A DNA stretch of 40,283 nucleotides, from the IMG/VR virus record IMGVR_UViG_3300045988_122766; one strand, given 5' to 3'. Each line of letters opens with the position of its first letter. The first letter of the stretch is position 1. The position numbers and the translations under genes were made by a program. Below the pieces are notes generated by a model, which did not search any database, was not told the DNA's origin, and was given only the letters and a program-made list of their open reading frames with translations. Shown here in pieces: positions 1 to 7,971 of the stretch. This stretch comes from a virus.

Positions 1-30
1 ATAAAAAGTTCGTCAAGATTGTTGACGAAC
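1..30 (-). terminator. Rho-independent terminator inside the att core, reading on the minus strand
   Basis: On the minus strand the 9-bp perfect stem GTTCGTCAA/TTGACGAAC (plus-strand coordinates 8..16 and 22..30), with 5-nt loop, is followed by TTTTTAT (complement of 1..7). The same element is present in the right copy at 40237..40259. This suggests integration at the 3' end or terminator of a leftward-transcribed host gene. Confidence 0.55.
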
Positions 31-54
31 ATTAAATAAACACGAGGATATTAA
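1..54. repeat. Left copy of 54-bp perfect terminal direct repeat (putative attL core; alternatively a circular-contig overlap)
   Basis: Positions 1..54 are identical to 40230..40283. They lie about 150 bp upstream of the integrase gene and are flanked on the inside by tandem 11-mer arm repeats. Confidence 0.85.
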
Positions 55-184
55 GTTTTTGTTTTTAGATGTTTTTAATAATAAATTATAACAAGAAATA
101 AAAGATTATAAAAGTAACTCTTGACTTTTAAGGTTTTTTGTTTTTACATGTATTTTAATTTATTTTATTAATTTTTAATATTTT

Positions 185-206
185 AGTGCGGTAAAAGTGC
201 GGTAAA
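185..206. repeat. Tandem 11-bp direct repeat AGTGCGGTAAA x2 (candidate integrase arm-type sites, P' arm)
   Basis: AGTGCGGTAAAAGTGCGGTAAA lies immediately upstream of the int start codon. The same tandem recurs at 40146..40167 on the other side of the core repeat. Confidence 0.6.
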
Positions 207-209
207 AAA

Positions 210-1292
210 ATGGCAAATATAAAAAAAGTTAAAAACAAAAAAGGTATTACGTATCAAGTTGATATTAGAATTAAAGGTTACAAGCGCGTCATAAAGACAT
301 TTAGTAATAAAGACGACGCTTTACACTTTGCACAAAAAACGGAAGTTGCAATGAAAGAAGGTGTGTATAGGCAAAGTTCTTTCATGACTGAAGACGGCTT
401 AAAAATAGAAACACTTAGGCAGCTTATAACATTTTTTAGAAAAAAAGTGTCACCACGTCGATACAAACATTCTGAAAAATACGAAGTTATGTATGATTGG
501 TGGGAAAACCAATTAGGCGATATTCAGCTTAAAAAACTTTCTACATCAATGATAACTCAATGTAAAAATATCCTTGAAAACGAAAAATTTAAAAAGGGTA
601 ATAAATTAGTGGTGCGACAAGCTAACACGATCAATAAATATTTAATGTGTCTTTCTGCTGTGCTTAGATATGCTACTAAGGATTTGGAATTAATTTCTAT
701 TAATCCAATGAGCAATGTAACAACAGAAGTTAAACCTGAAGGACGTAAAAGATTTTTATCGGAAGTGGAATTGCAAAAATTGTTTACAGCTTGTAAGTCT
801 GATTCTGAATTAATATATGTTTTCTTTTTAATTTCTCTTACAACAGGCGCAAGATATTCAGAAGTTTTAAATCTAAGCATAAAAGATTTTGATTTTAAAA
901 ATGCGCAAGTTTCTTATAAAGATACTAAAAATAAAACTAGTCGAGGTGTTCCACTACCTCAAAATGTGCTGTTAGTTATTTCAGATTATATAGAAAATAA
1001 TGATATAAAAGATAAGCTATTTATAAATAAAAAAACAGGTAAACTTGTTTATGTTCGTGGCAAATTGCAAAAAATAATTAAAAATATTGGATTGGAAGAT
1101 TTTCACATTCACGACATACGACATACGACAGCAAGTTATATTGCTATGAATGGCGGAAGTTTATTAGATATTGCAGAAATTTTAGGGCATAAGTCTATTG
1201 TTATGGCTGACCGTTATTCACATTTAACGAAAAAACATACTGCTAAATTAATTAACAGTACGTCTAATCTAATGTTATCGCAAGAATTATAA
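210..1292 (+). CDS. int: Tyrosine site-specific integrase (P4/lambda-type)
   Basis: 360 aa. The C-terminal catalytic region HDIRHTTASYIAMNGGSLLDIAEILGHKSIVMADRYSH matches the R..H..R..Y tyrosine recombinase signature. A basic N-terminal arm-binding-like region is present. It is adjacent to the att repeat. Confidence 0.9.
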   Translation: MANIKKVKNKKGITYQVDIRIKGYKRVIKTFSNKDDALHFAQKTEVAMKEGVYRQSSFMTEDGLKIETLRQLITFFRKKVSPRRYKHSEKYEVMYDWWENQLGDIQLKKLSTSMITQCKNILENEKFKKGNKLVVRQANTINKYLMCLSAVLRYATKDLELISINPMSNVTTEVKPEGRKRFLSEVELQKLFTACKSDSELIYVFFLISLTTGARYSEVLNLSIKDFDFKNAQVSYKDTKNKTSRGVPLPQNVLLVISDYIENNDIKDKLFINKKTGKLVYVRGKLQKIIKNIGLEDFHIHDIRHTTASYIAMNGGSLLDIAEILGHKSIVMADRYSHLTKKHTAKLINSTSNLMLSQEL

Positions 1293-1616
1293 TCCTGTTG
1301 ATTCCATATATTTGAAATATTTATCCTCGTCAATCATAACTCTTGCGCCCTGTTTTACAATACAAGCGTCTTTGAACTCTTGATTGTGAAAAGCCCATTG
1401 TCTTAAAGTTCCGACAGCTGGCACATCATGATAATCATTCCATTTTGATAGTGGAATTAATCTAGATTGCTTTTGCACGTTTGCACTTGGTGTAATCATT
1501 TTTTCTAGAGCTAGAATTTCAACAATCAAAGTTTTGAATTCGTTACCGTATTTTTCAACTCCGCTATTGATTTTGCTTTCTATAATATTTTCTATTTCTA
1601 TTGTTGGTAATTGCAT
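1287..1616 (-). CDS. Excisionase-like small HTH protein (Xis/MerR-type)
   Basis: 109 aa. The segment VPAVGTLRQWAFHNQ...KQGARVMIDEDKYFKYME resembles excisionase-family HTH_17 proteins. It is divergent from and adjacent to int. A phased ATCG 11-bp repeat cluster lies upstream. Confidence 0.45.
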   Translation of the reverse strand: MQLPTIEIENIIESKINSGVEKYGNEFKTLIVEILALEKMITPSANVQKQSRLIPLSKWNDYHDVPAVGTLRQWAFHNQEFKDACIVKQGARVMIDEDKYFKYMESTGL

Positions 1617-1719
1617 ATTTTTAATATCCCTGTTTAGTGTAAATATATTTATCGTTTGTTTATCGCTTGATTATCGTTTGAAAATCGAACCATTTCTTTT
1701 TTAAATTGAAAATCAACAT

Positions 1720-1947
1720 CTATTCCACCTCGCTTAATATCGTATTTAGCCTGTGTAGAATTTGTGTATTCCTAATGTCTTGAATACGGCAAATATACCA
1801 TTCGCCATTATCACAAAGACCGTTGCCATATTTAATAAATTTGCCTCTTTTATCAGAATCTATACGCCCCATTCTAATCCGCCTTTTACCTGTTGTATAT
1901 GGGATAAAATATACTGGCTCGTTATCCAATAAATCGTTAGGTATCAT
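1720..1947 (-). CDS. Hypothetical protein
   Basis: 75-aa ORF whose start codon overlaps the stop of the next gene. Confidence 0.35.
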   Translation of the reverse strand: MIPNDLLDNEPVYFIPYTTGKRRIRMGRIDSDKRGKFIKYGNGLCDNGEWYICRIQDIRNTQILHRLNTILSEVE

Positions 1948-2357
1948 TATCCCACCTCGTTCAATAGTTCGGGAGTTTCGTAAATGTTACCGATTATTTC
2001 GTAGTCTTCGGGTTTGTAATCAAAGTTACATAAATAGTTTTTATATCCGCCGTCAAGTTCGGTAAAGCAAAAGGCGCTTACATCTTTATCGAATTCAACC
2101 TTGTAAAGGCAGCTTGTAAGTGAATCCGTATCCTCTGAAAAATATGTTTCTTTTAAAATATCGCCTTCAAAAATTAGATTGTTATTCTTATCTTTTTTGC
2201 CTGTGCATTGAATTAAGTTGTTTAAATCAAGTTTACACATTAAGGTTTCCATTTTATCTAGCGAAACAATTTCACCTCTTGAACGGGTAAAGTCTATGGC
2301 TGAACCGTCATATATTTTATTGTTGTTATTGTATCTAAACTTAAATCTATCTTGCAT
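1947..2357 (-). CDS. YopX-family phage protein
   Basis: 136 aa. The C-terminal IGNIYETPELLNE matches the conserved IGNIyenPELLe signature of the YopX family. Confidence 0.55.
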   Translation of the reverse strand: MQDRFKFRYNNNNKIYDGSAIDFTRSRGEIVSLDKMETLMCKLDLNNLIQCTGKKDKNNNLIFEGDILKETYFSEDTDSLTSCLYKVEFDKDVSAFCFTELDGGYKNYLCNFDYKPEDYEIIGNIYETPELLNEVG

Positions 2358-2375
2358 TATCTATTTCCTTTATCT

Positions 2376-2732
2376 TTAACTAATATCTATGTTCCATTTT
2401 GGGTCTAATATTCCTTTAAATTTTAAATAATACAAAATTAACCTTACACGGTGTATTGTATTGTATTTTAAATCAGAGCTTATACTAAGACATGTTTTTG
2501 AGTATATCGCATTTAAATGTGTCTTAACGGTGATTATTGATATTCCTAGATCGTCAGCAATTTGTTCGTTTGACAAACCGTGCGAAGCAAGTTCAACAAT
2601 TTGTTTTTCTCTGCTTGTGAAATCTTCATAATTTAATAATGGCTGTGTAACTGTTTTATTCTTATAAAGAATGTAAGTATTTAATAGTGTTTCTATATTT
2701 CTATATAATTCTTTTTCCATGAATTTTTCCAT
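2376..2732 (-). CDS. LuxR/GerE-type HTH transcriptional regulator (stand-alone HTH)
   Basis: 118 aa. TSREKQIVELASHGLSNEQIADDLGISIITVKTHLNAIYSK is a canonical LuxR-family C-terminal HTH. Confidence 0.65.
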   Translation of the reverse strand: MEKFMEKELYRNIETLLNTYILYKNKTVTQPLLNYEDFTSREKQIVELASHGLSNEQIADDLGISIITVKTHLNAIYSKTCLSISSDLKYNTIHRVRLILYYLKFKGILDPKWNIDIS

Positions 2733-3865
2733 TATTCACCACCCTTTGCTTTGTTAATGATGTCTAAAATTACAAACACTTGGCAATTTATATTACATTT
2801 TTGCGCATTTGCAAACACACAAGTTTCACAATTCCTTTGTTGGTAATTCTTAATCTCATCAAGTGCTTGTTTGTATTTTGAGTTTTCGGCATTTAGGTCT
2901 TTAAAAACTATGGCTCTTATTTTGTCAGACAATTTTCCATTGTTTCCAAAGGCTATTTCTCTTTTCAATTCTTCGCATTCTTGCTCCTTAGCTTGGAGTT
3001 CTTTTGCTTGTTCATCAATAATCAATTTTATTTGCTCGTGTAATTCTAAATAAGATAATCTTTCATCTTTATCAAGAATACCTTTTTTAATAAATTCAAT
3101 TCCGTATTTTGAATTATCATTTATAACAGCTTGAACTTTTTTAACTACGTCTGTTTCAATTCTATAAAGTTCATAATATGATTTCCATTTATCGCACTCT
3201 TGCTCTTTGGCTTTTCTTTTTGAACGTTCAAAATCTAAATCTGAACTTAGTCTTTTGTTTTCTTCCTTTAGTTGTGAAAATTGTTCAAATTCTTTTGCTG
3301 TAATTCGTTCTGGGTTTTCTACGTTATTTATAAACTCTGCAAAGTCTTTTTGTGTTGTGTAGTTTGGTTTTTCTATTCCTAATTTTTCTGCAAAATGATT
3401 AATAGTATTTTGCAAAAATGCAATTTCTTCTTTTGCTTGTGCAAGTTGTTTGAAATAACACCATTCAGAAGGGATATTTTTGCATTTAGTTTCCTTTTTA
3501 TTTATTGGGCTTGCGCAAATGCCATTGTTATAAAACTTGCATTCGATTCCGTCTATTGTTGTTTTGTTTGTGTTTTCGTCTACTTCTCTTATTATTTTTG
3601 GGAAGATGTTTCCAAGATGAGCCGTTAGAACTGTTGCTGTTAAATTTTTAATATTGTAATCAACACCTATTTTTAAAGAAATGGCATATTCATAACTGCC
3701 GTAATGTTTTGGGTTTAAATTATATCCAAAATTTTGAATAGTATGTATATTGTTAGATGTGTTGATAGATACGTTTTCGGGCGGTTGAACATCTACGGCA
3801 ATTTGCGATAGAATATTATATATGTCTTGTAGCACTTGTTTTTGTCGTGGTATATTATCTAACAT
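2732..3865 (-). CDS. Hypothetical coiled-coil protein with Cys clusters
   Basis: 377 aa with a long K/E-rich coiled-coil centre. Cys-rich segments include CKFYNNGICASPINKKETKCKN and C-terminal CETCVFANAQKCNINC. Confidence 0.5.
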   Translation of the reverse strand: MLDNIPRQKQVLQDIYNILSQIAVDVQPPENVSINTSNNIHTIQNFGYNLNPKHYGSYEYAISLKIGVDYNIKNLTATVLTAHLGNIFPKIIREVDENTNKTTIDGIECKFYNNGICASPINKKETKCKNIPSEWCYFKQLAQAKEEIAFLQNTINHFAEKLGIEKPNYTTQKDFAEFINNVENPERITAKEFEQFSQLKEENKRLSSDLDFERSKRKAKEQECDKWKSYYELYRIETDVVKKVQAVINDNSKYGIEFIKKGILDKDERLSYLELHEQIKLIIDEQAKELQAKEQECEELKREIAFGNNGKLSDKIRAIVFKDLNAENSKYKQALDEIKNYQQRNCETCVFANAQKCNINCQVFVILDIINKAKGGE

Positions 3866-4481
3866 TGTTTACTCCTGTTATCTGTTCAAGTATGTAACGT
3901 CCTAATTCTGGAATTACGCAATTTCTCAAGGCTTGTCTTGTATTTACACCTTTGAAAAGTTCTTTCGGTATGTCGTCATAACCGTATCTTTTTTTTAGTT
4001 TAGTGGGCTTATCTTTTATTTTCCAAAAATCCGCGTCTTGGAATTCTGCTGAAAGAATAAAATCTGAACTCCAAAAATAATGACGGCAAATAGAAAAGCT
4101 CGGCTGTATTAGTGGGGTGTAATATGGAATTACATTTTCTATTACCCATTTGATTTTTGCGTGATGTTGTAAAAGAATTATTTCTTCGTACAAAGACATT
4201 GACGGGTATTTAATTCTGTTTTGATATTTACCACCAAGTTGGTTTGTGAAATTTAGCCTGCTATGTGTTTGACAAGGTGGTGAACTCCAGATGAAATCGA
4301 ATTTATTAAAATTTTCTAGTAAATATTGATGTGCGTCACCAATAATAACTTTATCCTTCGGAAATTTGTAGCTATAAATTTTAGCAATTTTTTCATCTAT
4401 TTCGACGGCTGTAACTTCGTGATTTTCGCCCCATAAAGAACGATTACCGCCAATTCCGCAATAAAGATTAAGGATTTTCAT
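3855..4481 (-). CDS. DNA (cytosine-5)-methyltransferase, compact orphan
   Basis: Start taken at the internal ATG (MKILNLYCGIGG), which has an AAGGAAA ribosome-binding site. Motif I is LYCGIGG, motif IV is SSPPCQ, motif VI is WVIENV, and motif X is like QALRNCV. Only about 208 aa, with a very short target-recognition region. No restriction-endonuclease partner is evident. Confidence 0.75.
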   Translation of the reverse strand: MKILNLYCGIGGNRSLWGENHEVTAVEIDEKIAKIYSYKFPKDKVIIGDAHQYLLENFNKFDFIWSSPPCQTHSRLNFTNQLGGKYQNRIKYPSMSLYEEIILLQHHAKIKWVIENVIPYYTPLIQPSFSICRHYFWSSDFILSAEFQDADFWKIKDKPTKLKKRYGYDDIPKELFKGVNTRQALRNCVIPELGRYILEQITGVNNVR

Positions 4482-4945
4482 TTGCACGTTTCCTTTTCTT
4501 TTCTTTTCTTTTCTTTTCGGTCCTCGTTTATCATCATTGCAAATTTCAAAGGACAAAAACAATCTCTACAAATTTTTGTACCTCTTTGATAAAATGGATC
4601 ATCTACTAGAAGTCCGTAACAGTATGAATTGATTCTGTCACTACATTCGGGGTATTTATCACGATAGCGCTCAATTTTTAACTTTTTGTTTTTTATCGAA
4701 GTTTTGATATTATCTTGTAATGTTTTTAATTTATCAGTAACATAGCTACCTAAGCCAATAAACAATAAGGGGCAAAAAATACTTACAAGACAACAAAAAC
4801 TTAAAAGTGGGTTACTTGAGTTAGAATCTTTCTGTAAAAGCACAGCAGATACAACGATACTAAGCATGCTTAGAAAAACTGTAACGGTTAGGCAAATATT
4901 TTCTATTGGAAGTTTTATAAAGATTTTTGTTAGTGATTCTTTCAT
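4478..4945 (-). CDS. Hypothetical membrane protein (2 TM helices) with Cys-rich, K/E-rich C-terminus
   Basis: 155 aa. Hydrophobic helices near residues 20-40 and 48-68, followed by CxxC-type Cys pairs. Its stop overlaps the methyltransferase start (ATGA). Confidence 0.5.
   Translation of the reverse strand: MKESLTKIFIKLPIENICLTVTVFLSMLSIVVSAVLLQKDSNSSNPLLSFCCLVSIFCPLLFIGLGSYVTDKLKTLQDNIKTSIKNKKLKIERYRDKYPECSDRINSYCYGLLVDDPFYQRGTKICRDCFCPLKFAMMINEDRKEKKRKEKETCK
4494..4518. repeat. Pentanucleotide simple-sequence repeat (TTTTC)5, i.e. (GAAAA)5 on the coding strand
   Basis: Five perfect units plus one imperfect unit, 13-37 nt upstream of the methyltransferase ATG and inside the 3' end of the upstream membrane-protein gene. 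Confidence 0.9.
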
Positions 4946-4969
4946 TTGTTCAATCTTTCATTTGTTCAA
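4938..4969. repeat. 16-bp tandem duplication TCTTTCATTTGTTCAA x2 covering a start codon
   Basis: Two perfect copies. On the minus strand each contains ATGAAAGA, so the initiation region of the 4478..4945 gene is duplicated. Confidence 0.85.
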
Positions 4970-5242
4970 TCTTTTTTTTTGTTGCTTTACACAAAAGGTA
5001 CTAGATATTATTTATCCGTGCGCTGTACCTTTTGTGTCGGGCTGGTTAATTAGTGGTCTTAGTGTCACAACCCAGCTATGCCGTACCTAATGCGCCAAGC
5101 GTCTGATATAGGCTTTATTATGTTGTCTTTCCAACTGTCATTAGTTCTTTGTCTGTGTTAGTGCTAGTGAACTAAGACTTTCCCCCACAATCGGTAATCT
5201 CGGCTCTCGTGGGTTCAGAGTACGCCGTACACGCTTTATTAA

Positions 5243-5596
5243 TTACTTTAGGTTGTAGTGAGATTTTGCAATCTCTAAAGCTAATGTATCTTCCATTTCT
5301 TCACGTTGTGGAGTTGACAGATTTTCAAAATCTAATCTATTCATTTTCATTTCTGCTTGAATTGTTTTTGTTGGAAGTGGTAAACGTATTTGAATTGTTA
5401 CAACGTCGTATTCATCTGCAATTACATTCCACTTGAAAGCTAAACGAGGGCAAATGAAGAATTTTTCTAGTTCGCTAACTCTAGCTTGCAACTTTCTATT
5501 TTCTGATAGTAACTCGTCAACAGTGTGTATTTGTGTGATTTTGTTTTCTTCTGAAACTTTAATCTGAGCATTTTGTAGCATTAGACACCTCATCAA
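5243..5596 (-). CDS. Hypothetical coiled-coil protein
   Basis: 117-aa ORF. It overlaps the upstream ORF by 38 nt in a different frame. Confidence 0.35.
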   Translation of the reverse strand: MMRCLMLQNAQIKVSEENKITQIHTVDELLSENRKLQARVSELEKFFICPRLAFKWNVIADEYDVVTIQIRLPLPTKTIQAEMKMNRLDFENLSTPQREEMEDTLALEIAKSHYNLK

Positions 5597-5933
5597 CTGC
5601 GTTATTTCTTTTACAGAAGGTTACGCAATAATGTTCTTCATCAAACTTTTTAAGTTCTTCTTTTAGCTTTTCGTTTTCATCACTTAATGCGCTTACTTTT
5701 TTGTTAGCTTCTTCCAAGTCGATTTGTAAAACTGAAATTTCATTATTTAGTTCAGCTCGTTTTTGAATGTTTTTTCTTATTATATCAGCTTGATTAGCTG
5801 AAATAGTTTCGGCTTTTTTCCTTTTTTCAAGCTGTTTTTCTAAGTCTTTGATTACTCTGTTTATAAGACTACTTTGTATATCTGTAAGGAGTCTGTATGC
5901 TTTTAACTTTTTTTTATTAAATATGTCAAACAT
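5559..5933 (-). CDS. Hypothetical coiled-coil protein
   Basis: Start placed at the internal ATG (MFDIFNKK), which has an AGAGG ribosome-binding site. Heptad-like K/E/L-rich sequence. Confidence 0.45.
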   Translation of the reverse strand: MFDIFNKKKLKAYRLLTDIQSSLINRVIKDLEKQLEKRKKAETISANQADIIRKNIQKRAELNNEISVLQIDLEEANKKVSALSDENEKLKEELKKFDEEHYCVTFCKRNNAVDEVSNATKCSD

Positions 5934-6017
5934 TTTTTGTACCTCTTGATTTTGCTTTTTTGTGATTTTGATATATCGAATGATAAACATTCGATATATC
6001 GTTTTATTATCTTTTGA

Positions 6018-6845
6018 TTAGATATCTTTTAAAATTAAAAGATTTTCTTTGTCTTGTAGGTTATCAGAAATGTATTTAATTTCATCTTTGATAGCGTGCT
6101 CAATTTCGATTTCGTAATTTGGAATTTGCAATAAAATTGCTGGTCTATCGTAATCGTCTTTTGTAATTTGAAGTTCAATATCAAATGTGTAATTGTCTGT
6201 GCCAGCTTTTACGTACGGCATAGTACACTTAAAATTTGTTGGAAGTGTAATTTCTTCGGTTGTACCTTCTCTAGCGCCCGATTGAATCATAAATTGACAA
6301 GTTACACCTTCTTCAAGTTCACCGTCTTCATTGAAAATAGGTTGGCTTTGCATTCTTGCGGTTTTTGCAATTCTGATTGTTGAAAGTTTTGTATAAACAT
6401 TTTTGAAATCAACAATTGACGGTTTTAATCTTTGTAACAGCAACAAAAATGAATTATGGTCGAATAATTTATTTTTTGCGCCCGACAACGCTTCAAACTG
6501 TTCAGAGTAAATTCTCTCAAACGTACAAAATCCTTCGTGTTTGTCATCATCTGCACAGAATTTAGATTCATTGATACCAACTTGAACAGTTGCAAAATTG
6601 CCGTTCTCATTGTTTCTGCGTCTTAATTCTTCCTTGATAAAACTTACAAAAGACTCTCTAGAGTGTACTGTTGTTGACGGCACTGTAGCTCTAGAGCTCT
6701 CATTAAGTTTATATTCTGCGTTTGCGTCACTGTAAATTAGTTCTTTTTCTTCTTGTGTATAAGTATTTTGAACCCTTGTTATACTTGTTAAAGGTCTAAG
6801 GTCTTTTTTAAACAATTGTTCTAAGAATTTTAATAATGCTTCCAT
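6018..6845 (-). CDS. Hypothetical protein (early region)
   Basis: 275-aa ORF with a clean start. No recognisable motif. Confidence 0.5.
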   Translation of the reverse strand: MEALLKFLEQLFKKDLRPLTSITRVQNTYTQEEKELIYSDANAEYKLNESSRATVPSTTVHSRESFVSFIKEELRRRNNENGNFATVQVGINESKFCADDDKHEGFCTFERIYSEQFEALSGAKNKLFDHNSFLLLLQRLKPSIVDFKNVYTKLSTIRIAKTARMQSQPIFNEDGELEEGVTCQFMIQSGAREGTTEEITLPTNFKCTMPYVKAGTDNYTFDIELQITKDDYDRPAILLQIPNYEIEIEHAIKDEIKYISDNLQDKENLLILKDI

Positions 6846-6846
6846 T

Positions 6847-7128
6847 TTATTTATTGTCCTTTCTGATTATGTATTTTCCAATTTTTGATGAATAAAGTTC
6901 TTGGTTTTGTAGTTTGTAGAGAATTTTTCTCACATCTGCAGAGTGTCTGCGTAAAATTTCTTCTTCCTCGTCTGTTGGTGTTGCTGAAAATATTAAATCA
7001 TTCAGCAATTCTGACGCGCTAACATCTATACCGTGATGAGATGAGACATATCTACGTGTCAAGTTGTACAACCTCGCCTTTTGTAAATGTTTGAGGGTCG
7101 TCAAGGTAAATATTACCTTTGTTGTCAC
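6847..7128 (-). CDS. Hypothetical protein (start uncertain, GTG or TTG)
   Basis: 93-aa ORF with no internal Met. It overlaps the end of the upstream gene in another frame. Confidence 0.25.
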   Translation of the reverse strand: MTTKVIFTLTTLKHLQKARLYNLTRRYVSSHHGIDVSASELLNDLIFSATPTDEEEEILRRHSADVRKILYKLQNQELYSSKIGKYIIRKDNK

Positions 7129-7420
7129 GGAAGAATGGTTGTGCTGACGGTTTTCCTTTTGGTTTTGTTAGGTTGACGTCTGCGCTGATTGTTGTTTCTT
7201 TTCCGTTTTCGATTGGAGTGATCAACAAATTAATTTGCAATTTTGCAGATTTATTGTAGCGTTCAACTGCAATAATCGCATTTTTTAATTCGGTGTCGAT
7301 AACTTCACCAAGATACTTCGTTCTATCTTTTGAGTCGCAAGCTCTGATGATATTCATTAAACAACCAATTGTTAACGCTTCATCTGGTGCGATATACTCG
7401 CTGTCTTTTTCTTTAGCCAT
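7052..7420 (-). CDS. Hypothetical protein
   Basis: Start placed at the internal ATG (MAKEKDSEY). About 122 aa. Confidence 0.4.
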   Translation of the reverse strand: MAKEKDSEYIAPDEALTIGCLMNIIRACDSKDRTKYLGEVIDTELKNAIIAVERYNKSAKLQINLLITPIENGKETTISADVNLTKPKGKPSAQPFFRDNKGNIYLDDPQTFTKGEVVQLDT

Positions 7421-7679
7421 TGTTGCTGTTCCTTTCATTTTGTGTTTGTTTCCTTTCTTGAATTATTTCAACAGGTGCAAAAATTTCTTTTTCTTCCTGT
7501 CCGTCTATTTGGTACTTGTAGCCTTTGTTCATTGTTTTAAATAAACCGTCCGCACTCCAACCACAAGAAGGGCAATCATAGGGGCTTGGGGTAATCATTT
7601 CACAATTTGAGCAAATGTACATTTGACTTAAAAATTTTAGTTTGAACTCGCGTTCACTTTTGAAGTGTTCAACTTTCAT
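7413..7679 (-). CDS. Zinc-ribbon protein
   Basis: 88 aa with CSNCE...CPSCGW (CxxC-N13-CxxC). Confidence 0.45.
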   Translation of the reverse strand: MKVEHFKSEREFKLKFLSQMYICSNCEMITPSPYDCPSCGWSADGLFKTMNKGYKYQIDGQEEKEIFAPVEIIQERKQTQNERNSNNG

Positions 7680-7968
7680 TTTGTGCTCGGCTCATGATGT
7701 ATACTTGTGAACAGATGAAAGTTTTCTTTTCGGTGTCATTAAAACGTCCTATTAATGTTATTTCGTCGCCTGCGTTAAGTGTAATCTTTTTCCAATAAAT
7801 ACAAGTTATAGTTTTGCCCGATTCGCTTTTCACTTCAAAAACTATTTTAACTTGTCTTCCGTCGTTATAGTGAACTTCTTCAACTACTCGTGAAACCTTT
7901 ATGCCTTCATAGGTTTTTACACTTGAACTTTGCGGATTGTAAAATTTTCGGGTAACGTATTTTTTCAT
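7669..7968 (-). CDS. Hypothetical protein (possibly OB-fold-like)
   Basis: 99 aa with a beta-rich pattern. Its stop overlaps the next gene's start. Confidence 0.35.
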   Translation of the reverse strand: MKKYVTRKFYNPQSSSVKTYEGIKVSRVVEEVHYNDGRQVKIVFEVKSESGKTITCIYWKKITLNAGDEITLIGRFNDTEKKTFICSQVYIMSRAQNES

Positions 7969-7971
7969 TTT

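Noticed and set aside
1-54. att core as the 3' end of a tRNA gene
   Set aside because: There is no T-arm (GTTCRANTC) or CCA-like acceptor features on either strand. The only structure is a hairpin followed by a T-run on the minus strand, which fits a terminator better.
185-206. The arm 11-mers contain AAGTGCGGT, identical to the Haemophilus-type DNA uptake signal sequence core, suggesting a Pasteurellaceae host and USS function
   Set aside because: Only four copies exist in 40 kb, all in the two tandem pairs flanking the att core. A USS-bearing genome would show many dispersed copies. Their symmetric placement fits integrase arm-type sites much better. The host assignment is left open.
278-880. 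Antisense ORFs inside the integrase gene (278..466, 557..880), plus similar shadow ORFs inside other long genes (for example 2871..3053, 3395..3628, 13071..13421, 15736..15972, 17520..17735, 29450..29653, 31386..31649, 35251..35454, 36609..37976)
   Set aside because: They lie on the opposite strand within confidently called genes. AT-rich genomes generate long antisense ORFs by chance, and none has a ribosome-binding site or a recognisable motif.
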